A stretch of 51,766 nt of DNA from Bacteroidia bacterium (lineage in GTDB: Bacteria > Bacteroidota > Bacteroidia > JANWVE01), in the NCBI GenBank assembly GCA_025056095.1, contig JANWVW010000001.1, positions 1 through 51,766 on the forward strand, in the 5' to 3' direction. The translations under genes and the position numbers were made by a program. Shown in pieces: positions 9,519 to 19,960 of the stretch. Numbering within the stretch: the stretch's first letter is position 1; every line of letters starts with the position of its first letter. The notes beneath the pieces were generated by a model. The model did not search any database. It was not told the DNA's origin and was given only the letters and a program-made list of their open reading frames with translations.

Positions 9519-10892
9519 ATGGCAAAAAACTCACTTTTAGTTTTTGGGATACTCTTATGGCTTTTCCACGCTAACACAAGTACAAGTGTGGCACAAGATG
9601 CAATGAATGGTCCTTATTCAGAGGAAGACGGCTATTGGCAAGAAAAGTATGTCCGAAAATCTCACACCTCAGAAGCAGAGTGGATGATTCGTTTAGGGGA
9701 TATTGATAACTTCGGTTTTGGATTTAGTAAAGGTTTCAATCCCTTTTCAGGCGATACTACCGCTTTTCATCCCCCTCTATCTGTCTTTACGCCTAATGAA
9801 CCGCAAGGTCTAGATATGATTATGTTACCTACCAGCTTCCGCAAATTTAATCAGCCCTGCACTTACGATATATACAGCAGCTACTTTGGCTTTCTCAAAA
9901 ACAACTACAAAAAAGTCAACTTTCCTATTAAAATACCGCTCAATTTACCCTCCACTATGCCTATACAAAGCATTAAGCTCATGATTTTTATAGATGACAT
10001 TCAAAGTAAAGTATCTTGCAGTAAGTTTGATGTTTGGCTAAACGGCAAACCCGCCGACTTCATAGCCGAGCATCTAAAACAGTTGAACTTACAGCAACAA
10101 GGCAAACTACTAACTTTTGATGTCCCTCAAACTTATTTCGATCTGTTCAAAAAAGACACTTTAGAACTTATCATTGATGATGTTACCACAGGTGCAGGCG
10201 ATGGTTTTGCTATTGACTTCGTAAAAATTTTAATCAATCCTCGTATCCAAGTTTTGGGACAAATTTCAGGCTATGTTACCGAAAAAAAAACGGGACGACC
10301 TATTCACAAAGCCATTCTTAAAAATCAAAATAACATACAAACAGAAACTACTCCGCAAGGAAAATATACCTTATCAGGTCTGCCGATAGGAATAAATACT
10401 ATTACAGTGTCTGCTCAAAACTATGGTACAGAAATTTTTACCGTAGATATTACGCCCTCGCCAAAACAAATCAATTTTGAACTCTCATGCAAAACTTTGA
10501 TAAACACAGTCTTTCCTGAAATACAGAATATGACCATTGGCACTAAAATTATTATTAAAGACGCATACTTTGACCCAAATTCAGCACGTTTGAAAAAAGA
10601 AGCTTATCCTGAATTAGAAAAATTAGTACAGCTGATGAAAATGAACCCTACCTTAAAAATATGCATCAATGGGCATACAGATAGTGGAATCCCAGGTACA
10701 CGAGAAGAGCAACTTTTGCATCTGTCCGAAGGTAGGGCTAAATCAGTAATGCACTTTCTTATTTCAAGAGGCATATCCTCTCACCGAATTTCATATAAAG
10801 GTTATGGTTCAAGCAGACCTATTGTAGATAATAACACTCCTGAAAACCAGGCTAAAAACCGTAGAGTAGAGTTTGAAATTGTAGATTTTTAG
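9519..10892 (+). CDS. OmpA-family protein with carboxypeptidase-regulatory-like domain
   Basis: Signal peptide; central CarbopepD_reg-like segment (GYVTEKKTGRPI...GKYTLSGLPIGINTITVSAQNYG). C-terminal OmpA-like domain INGHTDS...LSEGRAKSVMHFLISRGI...NRRVEFEI. Confidence 0.7.
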   Translation: MAKNSLLVFGILLWLFHANTSTSVAQDAMNGPYSEEDGYWQEKYVRKSHTSEAEWMIRLGDIDNFGFGFSKGFNPFSGDTTAFHPPLSVFTPNEPQGLDMIMLPTSFRKFNQPCTYDIYSSYFGFLKNNYKKVNFPIKIPLNLPSTMPIQSIKLMIFIDDIQSKVSCSKFDVWLNGKPADFIAEHLKQLNLQQQGKLLTFDVPQTYFDLFKKDTLELIIDDVTTGAGDGFAIDFVKILINPRIQVLGQISGYVTEKKTGRPIHKAILKNQNNIQTETTPQGKYTLSGLPIGINTITVSAQNYGTEIFTVDITPSPKQINFELSCKTLINTVFPEIQNMTIGTKIIIKDAYFDPNSARLKKEAYPELEKLVQLMKMNPTLKICINGHTDSGIPGTREEQLLHLSEGRAKSVMHFLISRGISSHRISYKGYGSSRPIVDNNTPENQAKNRRVEFEIVDF

Positions 10893-10960
10893 CCATCAAG
10901 CAACTATATTTTGAAGTGGATATTAAAATACGGCAGGTGTGTTAAAAACAAGTTTAAGCT

Positions 10961-12283
10961 CTATGTTACAGAATGGGTTACGTGTACGTTGTCTTTTACT
11001 TCACCTATTACATTTCCTTCGGGGCTGATGCTCTGTAAGGTTACAGTTACTAATTCATTGACCATTAAAGGGTCATAGGGCATTTGCACTTTAATGTAAT
11101 TTTCAGTAAAGCCTACCATGTGGTTACCTTCTAATTCTTGCTCAAAAAGGACACGATAAGTTTTTTTTAAGTTTTGTTCGTAAAAATATCGCCGTTTTTT
11201 TTCAGATAAGATGGTGAGCATACGATTACGTTTTTTACGTTCTGCAAAAGGGACTACGGGTTTAATAGAAAGGGCTTTTGTATTATCTCGTTCGGAGTAA
11301 GTAAAAACATGTAAATAGCTCACATCTAACTCATTGATAAATTGATAAGTATCCAAGAAATGGGCTTCAGTTTCACTAGGAAAGCCCACAATCACATCAA
11401 CGCCTATGCAAGCATGGGGCATAATAGACTTAATGTAATCTACACGATCCTTGTAAAGTTCTCTTTTGTATCTGCGTTGCATGCGAGCTAAAATTTCATT
11501 ATTACCACTTTGCAAAGGAATATGAAAATGCGGCATGAAGTGCCGACTTTGGGCTACAAAGTCAATAATCTTATTGCTCAATAGGTTAGGTTCAATTGAA
11601 GAGATACGTACTCTAAAATCCCCCTCTAACTCATCTATTTTTTGGATAAGGTCCAAAAAAGAGTAAGGTAAGTTTTTACCATAATCTCCGATATTTACTC
11701 CTGTAAGTACAATTTCTTTTACGCCTTGTGCAAGGATATGCTTAGCATTTTGAAGTACATTTTCTAATGTATCGCTGCGGCTTGCACCCCTCGCCAAAGG
11801 GATAGTACAAAAGCTGCAATGATAATCACATCCATCTTGTATTTTGAGAAAAGAACGAGTTCTATCGCCAATAGAGTACGCATCTGTAAAGTGCTTTACT
11901 TGCTTAATTTCAGATACGTGAATTTCGGGTTTAGACCGTTTTTCGAAGTTTTGGATAATGTCTAAAAGTTGGAATTTTTCTGCTGCGCCCAAAACTACAT
12001 CTACCCCAGGGATTTGAACAATCTCTTCAGGTTTGAGCTGCGCGTAGCATCCTATGACGACGATGAACGCATTTGGGGAAAACTTTAAAGCTTGTTGGAC
12101 GACTTTACGGCATTTTTTATCTGCGTGTTCGGTTACAGAGCAAGTGTTGATTATATACACATCTGCGCCGCTTTCAAAATCTACCTTTTGAAAACCTGCT
12201 TGGGCAAACATTCGGCTTATGGTAGAAGTCTCTGAATAGTTTAATTTGCATCCCAAAGTATAGTAGCTAACTGTTTTATTCAT
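10961..12283 (-). CDS. mtaB: tRNA t6A37 methylthiotransferase (radical SAM, MtaB type)
   Basis: N-terminal YTLGCKLNYSETS...NTCSVTEHADKKC, radical-SAM CDYHCSFCTIP motif and a C-terminal TRAM-like domain; 440 aa. Confidence 0.82.
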   Translation of the reverse strand: MNKTVSYYTLGCKLNYSETSTISRMFAQAGFQKVDFESGADVYIINTCSVTEHADKKCRKVVQQALKFSPNAFIVVIGCYAQLKPEEIVQIPGVDVVLGAAEKFQLLDIIQNFEKRSKPEIHVSEIKQVKHFTDAYSIGDRTRSFLKIQDGCDYHCSFCTIPLARGASRSDTLENVLQNAKHILAQGVKEIVLTGVNIGDYGKNLPYSFLDLIQKIDELEGDFRVRISSIEPNLLSNKIIDFVAQSRHFMPHFHIPLQSGNNEILARMQRRYKRELYKDRVDYIKSIMPHACIGVDVIVGFPSETEAHFLDTYQFINELDVSYLHVFTYSERDNTKALSIKPVVPFAERKKRNRMLTILSEKKRRYFYEQNLKKTYRVLFEQELEGNHMVGFTENYIKVQMPYDPLMVNELVTVTLQSISPEGNVIGEVKDNVHVTHSVT

Positions 12284-12296
12284 CCTAAATTATTTG

Positions 12297-12304
12297 CAAA
12301 GATA
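12297..12304 (-). promoter_or_regulatory. -7 promoter box TATCTTTG
   Basis: Plus-strand caaagata, 13 nt upstream of ATG 12283. Confidence 0.4.
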
Positions 12305-12332
12305 CGTAAAATTGATGTATGTAGAATTTTTA

Positions 12333-12448
12333 TTTTGGGCGTGCCCCTTGCTGACGCAAGGGTCGGGGCATTCCGCACGTAGCCTGTAGCACGCCGACCT
12401 TGCCCACACCAGCGCAAGCGAAGTGTGGGCAAGGGCACGCCCAAAAAA
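12333..12448. repeat. GC-rich palindromic intergenic element, short form (reverse orientation, stem variant 1)
   Basis: TTTT-GGGCGTGCCCCTTGCtgacGCAAGGG...CCTTGCCCACACcagcgcaagcgaaGTGTGGGCAAGG-GCACGCCC-AAAAAA. Sits in the divergent mtaB / CHAT promoter region. Confidence 0.9.
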
Positions 12449-12524
12449 GAAAAAACAGACTTTAACAAAAAATAAAAAATAAAATGAATAATAAGTGCTA
12501 CTCTTTGCAATTTGGTTCTTGCAC

Positions 12525-12532
12525 TATTTTTG
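12525..12532 (+). promoter_or_regulatory. -7 promoter box TATTTTTG
   Basis: TAnnTTTG match 31 nt upstream of ATG 12564. Confidence 0.35.
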
Positions 12533-12563
12533 CAGTCAAAAGTAAAATTGTGGTTATATTCTT

Positions 12564-15500
12564 ATGAAAGTATGCCGCATTTGCCTGCTTAGCCTGCTCT
12601 TGCTTACATGTATCAATGCTACCGCTCAATCTAAAAAGGTCAATTTATCTAAAGCCGACTTGCTTGTGCATAAACAGCACTTTAAAAAAGCATTTGACTA
12701 TGCGGCTAAAAAACATCAACAGTACATCAGAAAAAATCCCAATGACACCTTAGTAGGATACCTAGCAGCTAAAACAGGATACTACGCCCTTTTAGCCAAA
12801 AAATATGACAAAGCACATCAATACGCCTTAGAAGCAGAAGGATTTTACCAAAATAGAAGTTTAACACGGCATTACATGTATGCTTATGTCAATACCCTGT
12901 TGGGCGCTATTGAATTAGCTAAGCATCAGTACAAAAAAACGGATAGTTATTTGGAGAAAGGTTTATCTATAATAGAAAACAACCTACAAAACCAACCTGA
13001 AATAGATATAAGAAACGCCGAAGTTTATCGTACATACGCTTTTACCTTAGAAACTTTACTTCGTTTGCAGATAGAAAGACAAGAACTACAAAAGGCTATC
13101 CAAACAGCCCAAAAGCTTTGCACTATAAACGAAAAATTTACAAAACAACGTAAGTTAGAGCGAACTAAGTCTATTCCCCAAGCACGTTACGGTGTAGGAT
13201 TAAGTTTATACGCCCGAGCTCTACATTTGAAACAGGACTTTAACGCAGCAGATAGTGTGTTTTACCTTGCTAGTAAACAAATTAACCGCGCTTTATCTAA
13301 AAAATCAGAGGCTTACTATACTCATCTGCTTTACCACTCTGATAGCTATCTTGCCAAAGGAGATTATTCTAAAGCCTACAACCGTGCTAAAGAAGCACTA
13401 AATATTGCCACACATAAGTTTGGTAAAAAGAGTACCCAAAGGATAGCTACTCAAATTCAAATTGCAAAAGTGAATTACACTCGAAAGCGATATAATGCTA
13501 TTCTCAAAGATTTCAGGAAATTCTCTAAATACAAACCTCGCAAAAAGCAAGATCCCTTACAATGGTCGCAAGCTATGTTATGGATAGCTATGGCAGAGTA
13601 TCAAACAAAACGCCCTAAGTCTGCTAATACACACTTTCAAAGAGCCTTAAAATATGCAAAACAAAAATACCCTACAACTTCATGGGAATACACACAAATT
13701 CTTAACCAAGTATATCAATACTACCTGACTATCAAAGACTACGGCAGCGCAGAGCAAACTCTAAACCAAATTATGCAAAACATTGAGGAGTATATGGGTA
13801 AGAATTATTTAGCTTATGCTTTGTATGAAGATGAGTTGGGTAAGCTTTACATGGAAAAATTAGCACAATACAAAGAAGCACTCCCCTTGCTTAAAGACGC
13901 TTATCAATACAAAAATACAGAAATTAAGCATAACTCTGAAAGTTATATCAGCACTGCTACTGCATTAGCAAGGTTATTACAGAATATAGGTCAGTATTCT
14001 GAAGCTGTACCTGTGTTTGAAGAGGTCAAAAATTTAAGAGAGCAGAATATAGGTCGGCGAAAAAATATTTTGTATGCCTTAGCTGTATCGGATTTAGCTG
14101 TGATAAAAGCAGACATGGGCAAATACGATGAAGCTAATAAACTGATTACCCAATTGGGCGACCCCGAAGAGTACAAAGCAGGTAATAACTTAGTGGCATA
14201 TAACAAGTTCCTTGAAAACATTGCAGACATGTACCGTAAAACAGGTAAATACAAAGAAGCAGAAGATATTTTAATGAAATCTTTCAGAACTTCAAAAAAA
14301 GCCGATGCGCAAGTTCAAGCAGCTAATTCTGTGGTCGCCTTAGCCGATTTATATGTGTCCTTAGGCAAATATGATGATGCCGAACCTCTTTGCGACAAGG
14401 CTATTGAATTAGTAGCCCAAAGAAATGGAAAGAATAGTTTAGAGTACGCAAACGTTCTCAATACAAAAGCTAAGCTTTTGTACTACATGGGTAGATACAC
14501 AGAAGCAGCACCTATTAGCACAGAAGCCACAAAAATCATTAAAGAAAAAGTGGGCGAAAAACAAAAGGTATACGTTGAATCTTTAGGTATAGAAACAGAT
14601 ATTTATGTTGCTATTGGAGATTACGAAAAATCTGAACAACAAGCTAAAACAATGCTCTATCTTAATGAGCAATTAGGAGGTAAAAACACATTAGAATACG
14701 CCAAAACTTTGATTAGATTAGGTAAAATTGCATACTTACAGGGTGTAAATGTACTAGCATCAGAAGCTAAAAACAGCAAAGCCGAAGCACAAAGATTATT
14801 TCAAGTTTCAGAGAAGTATTATACCGATGGCATAAATATCATGCAAAATGTGCTAAAAGAGAATAAGTTAGAATATAGCTTAGCCCTTACAGACTTAGCG
14901 AATTTGTATGCAGTTACTCAAAGAGATAAAGAAGCAGAAGAAACATATAAGAAAGCGATTGAAATAGAAAAAAGCCAAGTAGGTGATAAAAATCCAAGAT
15001 ATGCCACTGCTTTGTTCAATCTTGCACAGTTTTATACTTCCAGAGGTAAATACACAGAATCAGGTGAGTTGTATGAGAAGGTACTAGAGATTCGTGAAGA
15101 AAATTTGCCTGAAGGACACCCTGATTATACCGATGCACTTATGGGCTATGCAGGTTATGCTTGGCGTACTAATGATCTCAAAAATGCAGAAAAATCTTTC
15201 ACTAATGCCATTACACAGTATCAAAAACAAATCAAAACATATTTTCCTGCACTAACTGAAATTGAGCGTGTTAAATACATTACAAAACTTAAATTCCAAT
15301 TTGATGAATTTATTTCTTTTGCTTTTGACCAAATTGACCGAAATCCTAACTTACTTGGTTTTGTGTACAATCATCAACTACAAACTAAAGCCCTTATTTT
15401 TAATACTTCTACCAAAATCCGCCGTAGAATCATGAACAGCGGAGATAGTACGTTGATAATGAAGTATCAACTATGGTTAGAAAAAAGAGAAGAACTTGCC

Positions 15501-16820
15501 CGCGTACTCAATATGAGTAAAGAGAAAATTCAAGCGGAAGGAATTAACCAAGCTCAGCTGGAAAATGAGCTAGATGATTTAGAAAAAGAACTGTCTTTAC
15601 TTTCTGAAGAGTTTGCCCGAAACTACGAACGTAAAAACTATACTTGGAAAGATGTACAAAAGCAATTAGGTAAAAATGATGCTGCCGTAGAGATTATTCG
15701 CTTCAAATGTACGCATGGTAAGTACAAAGACTCTATTTGCTACGCGTATTTGATTGTAGATAAAAAAACTAAAAAAGCACCTAGCTATGTATTAGAAACC
15801 GATGGCAGAGCTATGGAAAAAATGCACATTCTTGCGTATCGTAGGTCGGTCAAGAATGCTATTGATGATCCATATTCTTATGGAGTGTTTTGGGAGAAAA
15901 TAGATAAAAAAGTGGGCAATAAGATGAATTTGTACGTGTCTTCTGATGGAGTGTATCATCAACTTAACTTAAATACTCTGCTACAACCTGATGGTAAGTA
16001 TGTAATTGAAAACCATAATATTCGTTTAGTAAGTAACACAAAAGACCTTGTTGAATACAAAAAATTGGAGAAATCTCGGACTTCAAATAGTGCAACTTTT
16101 TTTGGCTACCCTGACTACAACGCAAAAATTATCATTCCTAAAAATGAAATAAAATCTGATGAGCTTAAAGAATATAAATTAGCTGAATTACCTGGTACTA
16201 AAGAAGAAATAAGCGATATTTCCAAGCTATGTGCAGAAAAAAACATTAACCCTAAAATGTATCTCGGTACAGAAGCTTCTGAAGAAATGATTAAAAAAGC
16301 GGCTAAAAATCCTGCTATTTTACACATTGCTACACACGGTTTCTTTTTAGCGCAGACTAACCGCGGTCGTGAATTAGGTATCAATACAGAAGCTGCGGCT
16401 AAGCATCCACTTTTACGTTCAGGGCTTATGTTAGCAGGTGCGAACTTAGCTATCAACAACGAATTAGATCAGGAAAGCAACAACGGTATTCTTACAGCTT
16501 ACGAAGCCATGAATTTAGACTTGAATAATACAGAGTTGGTTGTAATGAGCGCTTGCGAAACAGGCTTGGGCGAAGTACGTAATGGTGAGGGAGTATTTGG
16601 TTTACAGCGTTCTTTCATGGCTGCGGGGGCAAAAGCTACCTTAATGAGCTTATGGAAAGTTAGTGACGCTGCTACGAAAGAATTGATGATATTGTTCTAT
16701 AAATACTGGCTACATGAGGATTTACCTAAGCACGTTGCTTTTCGCAAAGCACAATTGGAGCTCAAAAATAAGTATCCTCATCCTAAGTATTGGGGTGCTT
16801 TTGTAATGGTTGGAATGTGA
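12564..16820 (+). CDS. Exported TPR-repeat / CHAT-domain (caspase-like) protease
   Basis: 1418 aa. Signal peptide MKVCRICLLSLLLLTCINATAQ. About 850 aa of TPR-like helical repeats, then a coiled-coil linker. The C-terminal CHAT domain has ILHIATHGFF (His, codon 16335-16337) and VVMSACETGLG (Cys, codon 16554-16556). Confidence 0.8.
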   Translation: MKVCRICLLSLLLLTCINATAQSKKVNLSKADLLVHKQHFKKAFDYAAKKHQQYIRKNPNDTLVGYLAAKTGYYALLAKKYDKAHQYALEAEGFYQNRSLTRHYMYAYVNTLLGAIELAKHQYKKTDSYLEKGLSIIENNLQNQPEIDIRNAEVYRTYAFTLETLLRLQIERQELQKAIQTAQKLCTINEKFTKQRKLERTKSIPQARYGVGLSLYARALHLKQDFNAADSVFYLASKQINRALSKKSEAYYTHLLYHSDSYLAKGDYSKAYNRAKEALNIATHKFGKKSTQRIATQIQIAKVNYTRKRYNAILKDFRKFSKYKPRKKQDPLQWSQAMLWIAMAEYQTKRPKSANTHFQRALKYAKQKYPTTSWEYTQILNQVYQYYLTIKDYGSAEQTLNQIMQNIEEYMGKNYLAYALYEDELGKLYMEKLAQYKEALPLLKDAYQYKNTEIKHNSESYISTATALARLLQNIGQYSEAVPVFEEVKNLREQNIGRRKNILYALAVSDLAVIKADMGKYDEANKLITQLGDPEEYKAGNNLVAYNKFLENIADMYRKTGKYKEAEDILMKSFRTSKKADAQVQAANSVVALADLYVSLGKYDDAEPLCDKAIELVAQRNGKNSLEYANVLNTKAKLLYYMGRYTEAAPISTEATKIIKEKVGEKQKVYVESLGIETDIYVAIGDYEKSEQQAKTMLYLNEQLGGKNTLEYAKTLIRLGKIAYLQGVNVLASEAKNSKAEAQRLFQVSEKYYTDGINIMQNVLKENKLEYSLALTDLANLYAVTQRDKEAEETYKKAIEIEKSQVGDKNPRYATALFNLAQFYTSRGKYTESGELYEKVLEIREENLPEGHPDYTDALMGYAGYAWRTNDLKNAEKSFTNAITQYQKQIKTYFPALTEIERVKYITKLKFQFDEFISFAFDQIDRNPNLLGFVYNHQLQTKALIFNTSTKIRRRIMNSGDSTLIMKYQLWLEKREELARVLNMSKEKIQAEGINQAQLENELDDLEKELSLLSEEFARNYERKNYTWKDVQKQLGKNDAAVEIIRFKCTHGKYKDSICYAYLIVDKKTKKAPSYVLETDGRAMEKMHILAYRRSVKNAIDDPYSYGVFWEKIDKKVGNKMNLYVSSDGVYHQLNLNTLLQPDGKYVIENHNIRLVSNTKDLVEYKKLEKSRTSNSATFFGYPDYNAKIIIPKNEIKSDELKEYKLAELPGTKEEISDISKLCAEKNINPKMYLGTEASEEMIKKAAKNPAILHIATHGFFLAQTNRGRELGINTEAAAKHPLLRSGLMLAGANLAINNELDQESNNGILTAYEAMNLDLNNTELVVMSACETGLGEVRNGEGVFGLQRSFMAAGAKATLMSLWKVSDAATKELMILFYKYWLHEDLPKHVAFRKAQLELKNKYPHPKYWGAFVMVGM

Positions 16821-16910
16821 TGCTTAATAATCAAACCTATACTTTTTAGCTTCATTAAAAACTTTGAGAATTTTATGTTATTAAATTGTAAGATAGCATT
16901 CACTTAACAT

Positions 16911-16918
16911 TACCTTTG
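16911..16918 (+). promoter_or_regulatory. -7 promoter box TACCTTTG
   Basis: TAnnTTTG match 13 nt upstream of ATG 16932. Confidence 0.4.
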
Positions 16919-16931
16919 TAACTTTGAAAGC

Positions 16932-18656
16932 ATGGAACCATTATTCAGAATGGTCATAGCCTCTTTTGTAGTAAGCATAAGTATTGCTCTAGATTTACAT
17001 GGTCAAGAACAATCCGTCCATATCAGAGTTTCTAAAAACATAGAGGCATTGCATCCTTTAATAAAACATAGCCTGGTGGACAATAGTATTGCTAAGCACA
17101 TTTTTTATCCCTTATTAGATATTGAGCCTAAAACGCATCTTTATACGCCAATTGTACTCAAAGCTTTACCTGCGGTAGTAGAAGGCGGGCGAGCAAAAAT
17201 ATATGAAATTAGGGAAAATGCTGCTTGGTCAGATGGAAAGCCAATAACTGCTTATGATGTTCTTTTTACCTTAAAAGCTGTTTTATGCCCAAATTTAAGT
17301 ACATATAGATGGAAAGATAATGTCAAAATGATAGAAAACTTTGAAATAGATATTAACAATTCTAAAATATTCAAAATTACTGTAAGCAGCTCTAACTTTA
17401 CACTAACAGGGTTGCCAATCTATCCCGAGCATATTTATGATAAGAATGCCTGGCTTAAAGGCTATTCTTTAAGCGAAATAGCTAAAATGAAATCTAAAAC
17501 TGTTCCTATGGAAATTGCTAAATTTGAACAACAATTTGTATCTTCTGAAATGAAAAGAGTAGCCGTCGGTGCAGGACCATACAAAGTGAAACAATGGATA
17601 GATAATAATATTTTAGTTTTAGAGCGAATACCTAATTGGTGGGGTAATGGATTAGACAGTAGCAAAGAATGGTTCAACATCAATGCTCGTGAACTTCATT
17701 ATGAGATAGTGTCTGACTTAGTAATGACTACAGTTGCATTTAAGTTGCAGCAGTTGGATATTTGGTACGATATTCCCGCAAAGGAATTCAATGATCTTCA
17801 AAAATTAGACAGTAACTATTACCATTTTGCTTTGAGGAAAGTGCCTACCTTATCGTATGAATACGTTGCCATTAACAACAGACCAAAAGACCAGAGTAAA
17901 AAATTTCTTTCAGATCCTAATGTGAGAAAGGCATTTGCGCATGCTATTAACATTGAAAGCATGCAAAAACAAGTCCTCAAGGGGTATGGATACCGAATCT
18001 GCTGTCCTTTTGTACCACAAAAAAAATCAAGCTATTCAAAAGAAATTTCATGCGTGGAATATAGCCCACAAGAAGCCAAAAAATATTTTGCATTAGCAGG
18101 TTGGTTAGATACGAATAATGATGGAATTTTGGACCAATACTCTAATGGTGAAAGAGTCAATCTCAAAGTTACTCTACTAGTTAATAAGGAAGATGCTTAT
18201 GATAGAAAAATAGCACACTTTATTATCAAGGATTTACAAAGCGCAGGGGTAGAAATAGAATCAGAAGAAGTAGATAGTGAAACAGAGTTATTAAGAGTTC
18301 AAGAAGGAGATTATGACTTGGCGATTGTATCCTATCATGATAAACCAGGACCCGCGCACCCGAGACATTCATGGCATTCACAAGGGGCGTATAACATTAC
18401 AGGTTTTTCTAATACACAAGTTGATGCTGTCATAGAAAAAATTGAAAAGTCAAAAGATATTACAGAAAAAGAAAAATTATTTTTAGAGTTTAATACAATT
18501 TGGGCAAAGGAACAGCCCGCTATCCTATTATGGCAAAAAGAAATGTTAATTGCAGTTAGCGATAAATACAAAAGCTACAATTTTTCAATGGCTTTTGATA
18601 ATTATGTTGGCTTTAATCCTAGCAGTTTTTTTATGCCAGCAGAGGTGCAGCGGTAG
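16932..18656 (+). CDS. Family-5 (peptide/nickel/opine type) ABC-transporter solute-binding protein homologue, orphan
   Basis: Signal peptide. The WSDGKPITAYDVLFTL segment and overall length are typical of SBP family 5. No permease or ATPase gene is adjacent. Paralogous to 42469-44247. Confidence 0.7.
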   Translation: MEPLFRMVIASFVVSISIALDLHGQEQSVHIRVSKNIEALHPLIKHSLVDNSIAKHIFYPLLDIEPKTHLYTPIVLKALPAVVEGGRAKIYEIRENAAWSDGKPITAYDVLFTLKAVLCPNLSTYRWKDNVKMIENFEIDINNSKIFKITVSSSNFTLTGLPIYPEHIYDKNAWLKGYSLSEIAKMKSKTVPMEIAKFEQQFVSSEMKRVAVGAGPYKVKQWIDNNILVLERIPNWWGNGLDSSKEWFNINARELHYEIVSDLVMTTVAFKLQQLDIWYDIPAKEFNDLQKLDSNYYHFALRKVPTLSYEYVAINNRPKDQSKKFLSDPNVRKAFAHAINIESMQKQVLKGYGYRICCPFVPQKKSSYSKEISCVEYSPQEAKKYFALAGWLDTNNDGILDQYSNGERVNLKVTLLVNKEDAYDRKIAHFIIKDLQSAGVEIESEEVDSETELLRVQEGDYDLAIVSYHDKPGPAHPRHSWHSQGAYNITGFSNTQVDAVIEKIEKSKDITEKEKLFLEFNTIWAKEQPAILLWQKEMLIAVSDKYKSYNFSMAFDNYVGFNPSSFFMPAEVQR

Positions 18657-18693
18657 CTAGATTGAGTTTTCAAAAAGTTTAAAGAATTTTTTA

Positions 18694-18701
18694 TAGATTT
18701 G
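18694..18701 (+). promoter_or_regulatory. -7 promoter box TAGATTTG
   Basis: TAnnTTTG match 18 nt upstream of ATG 18720. Confidence 0.4.
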
Positions 18702-18719
18702 TAAAGTTAAAGTAGTGGT

Positions 18720-19931
18720 ATGTCAGCATCTGAAAAAATAGCGGCGCCGCCTTTTACAGCGCCTGATTATTATTTAGTAGATGAATTATTGACAGAAGAG
18801 CATAAATTGATAAGGGATTCTGTCCGCCAGTGGGTAAATGAGCATATTATCCCAATCATTGATGAATATTGCCAAAGAGCAGAAACTCCCAAGCATTTAA
18901 TACCTTTAATGGCACAAATGGGAATGTTTGGTCCTACCATACCACAAGAGTACGGAGGTGGGGGATTAGACTACATTTCTTACGGCTTAATAATGCAGGA
19001 GATTGAAAGGGGAGATTCAGGGATTCGCTCAATAGCATCAGTTCAAAGCTCTTTGGTCATGTTTCCAATTTATGCTTATGGTTCAGAAGAGCAAAAAAGA
19101 AAGTATTTACCCAAGTTAGCGAAAGGAGAATACATAGGTTGTTTTGGTTTAACAGAACCTGACTTTGGTTCAAATCCAGGGGGTATGCTCACTAATTTCA
19201 AAGATATGGGGGATTATTACTTACTCAATGGCACTAAGATGTGGATTTCTAATGCACCCTTTGCAGATATTGCTGTGGTATGGGCAAAGAATGAAGAAGG
19301 TAGAATTCACGGCTTAATTGTAGAGCGTGGCATGGAGGGCTTTTCTACCCCCGAAATGAAAAATAAATGGTCTTTGCGTGCTTCTGCCACAGGTGAGCTC
19401 ATTTTTCAGGATGTCAAAGTACCTAAGTCTAACTTACTACCTGGAGTATCAGGATTGAGAGGACCTTTATCCTGCTTAGATAATGCAAGATATGGTATTG
19501 CTTGGGGTGCTATCGGTGCAGCTATGGCTTGTTACGACTCGGCGTTGCAATATGCAAAATCTCGTATTCAGTTTGATAGACCTATTGCAGCCTATCAGCT
19601 TACGCAGAAAAAATTAGCAGAGATGCTCACAGAGATTACCAAAGCTCAACTTTTAGCATGGCGGTTAGGCGTACTCAAAAATGAAGGTAAAGCCACTTCC
19701 GCACAAATTTCTATGGCAAAGCGAAACAATGTATACATGGCATTAGAAGTTGCGCGAGAAGCGCGTCAAATTCATGGTGGAAATGGAATTATGGGCGAAT
19801 ATCCTGTCATGCGGCATCTGATGAACCTTGAATCTGTGATTACTTACGAAGGTACTCACGATATTCATTTGCTTATTACAGGAATGGACATAACAGGTAT
19901 TCCTGCTTTCAGAATTGATGGCAAAAAATAA
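18720..19931 (+). CDS. gcdH: Acyl-CoA dehydrogenase, glutaryl-CoA dehydrogenase type
   Basis: DYYLVDELLTEEHKLIRDSVRQWV, SVQSSLVMFPIYAYGSEEQKRKYLPKLAKGEYIGCFGLTEPDFGSNPGGM and TYEGTHDIHLLITG are characteristic of GCDH-type ACADs. Confidence 0.78.
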   Translation: MSASEKIAAPPFTAPDYYLVDELLTEEHKLIRDSVRQWVNEHIIPIIDEYCQRAETPKHLIPLMAQMGMFGPTIPQEYGGGGLDYISYGLIMQEIERGDSGIRSIASVQSSLVMFPIYAYGSEEQKRKYLPKLAKGEYIGCFGLTEPDFGSNPGGMLTNFKDMGDYYLLNGTKMWISNAPFADIAVVWAKNEEGRIHGLIVERGMEGFSTPEMKNKWSLRASATGELIFQDVKVPKSNLLPGVSGLRGPLSCLDNARYGIAWGAIGAAMACYDSALQYAKSRIQFDRPIAAYQLTQKKLAEMLTEITKAQLLAWRLGVLKNEGKATSAQISMAKRNNVYMALEVAREARQIHGGNGIMGEYPVMRHLMNLESVITYEGTHDIHLLITGMDITGIPAFRIDGKK

Positions 19932-19960
19932 GTAATGTTTATTTTGTAGATATATTTTTC

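Noticed and set aside
12280-12510. 76-aa ORF in the mtaB / CHAT intergenic region
   Set aside because: It is read almost entirely through the GC-rich repeat copy (12333-12448). Its Arg/Gly/Pro-rich composition is an artefact of the repeat, and similar pseudo-ORFs appear at other copies in varying frames and strands.
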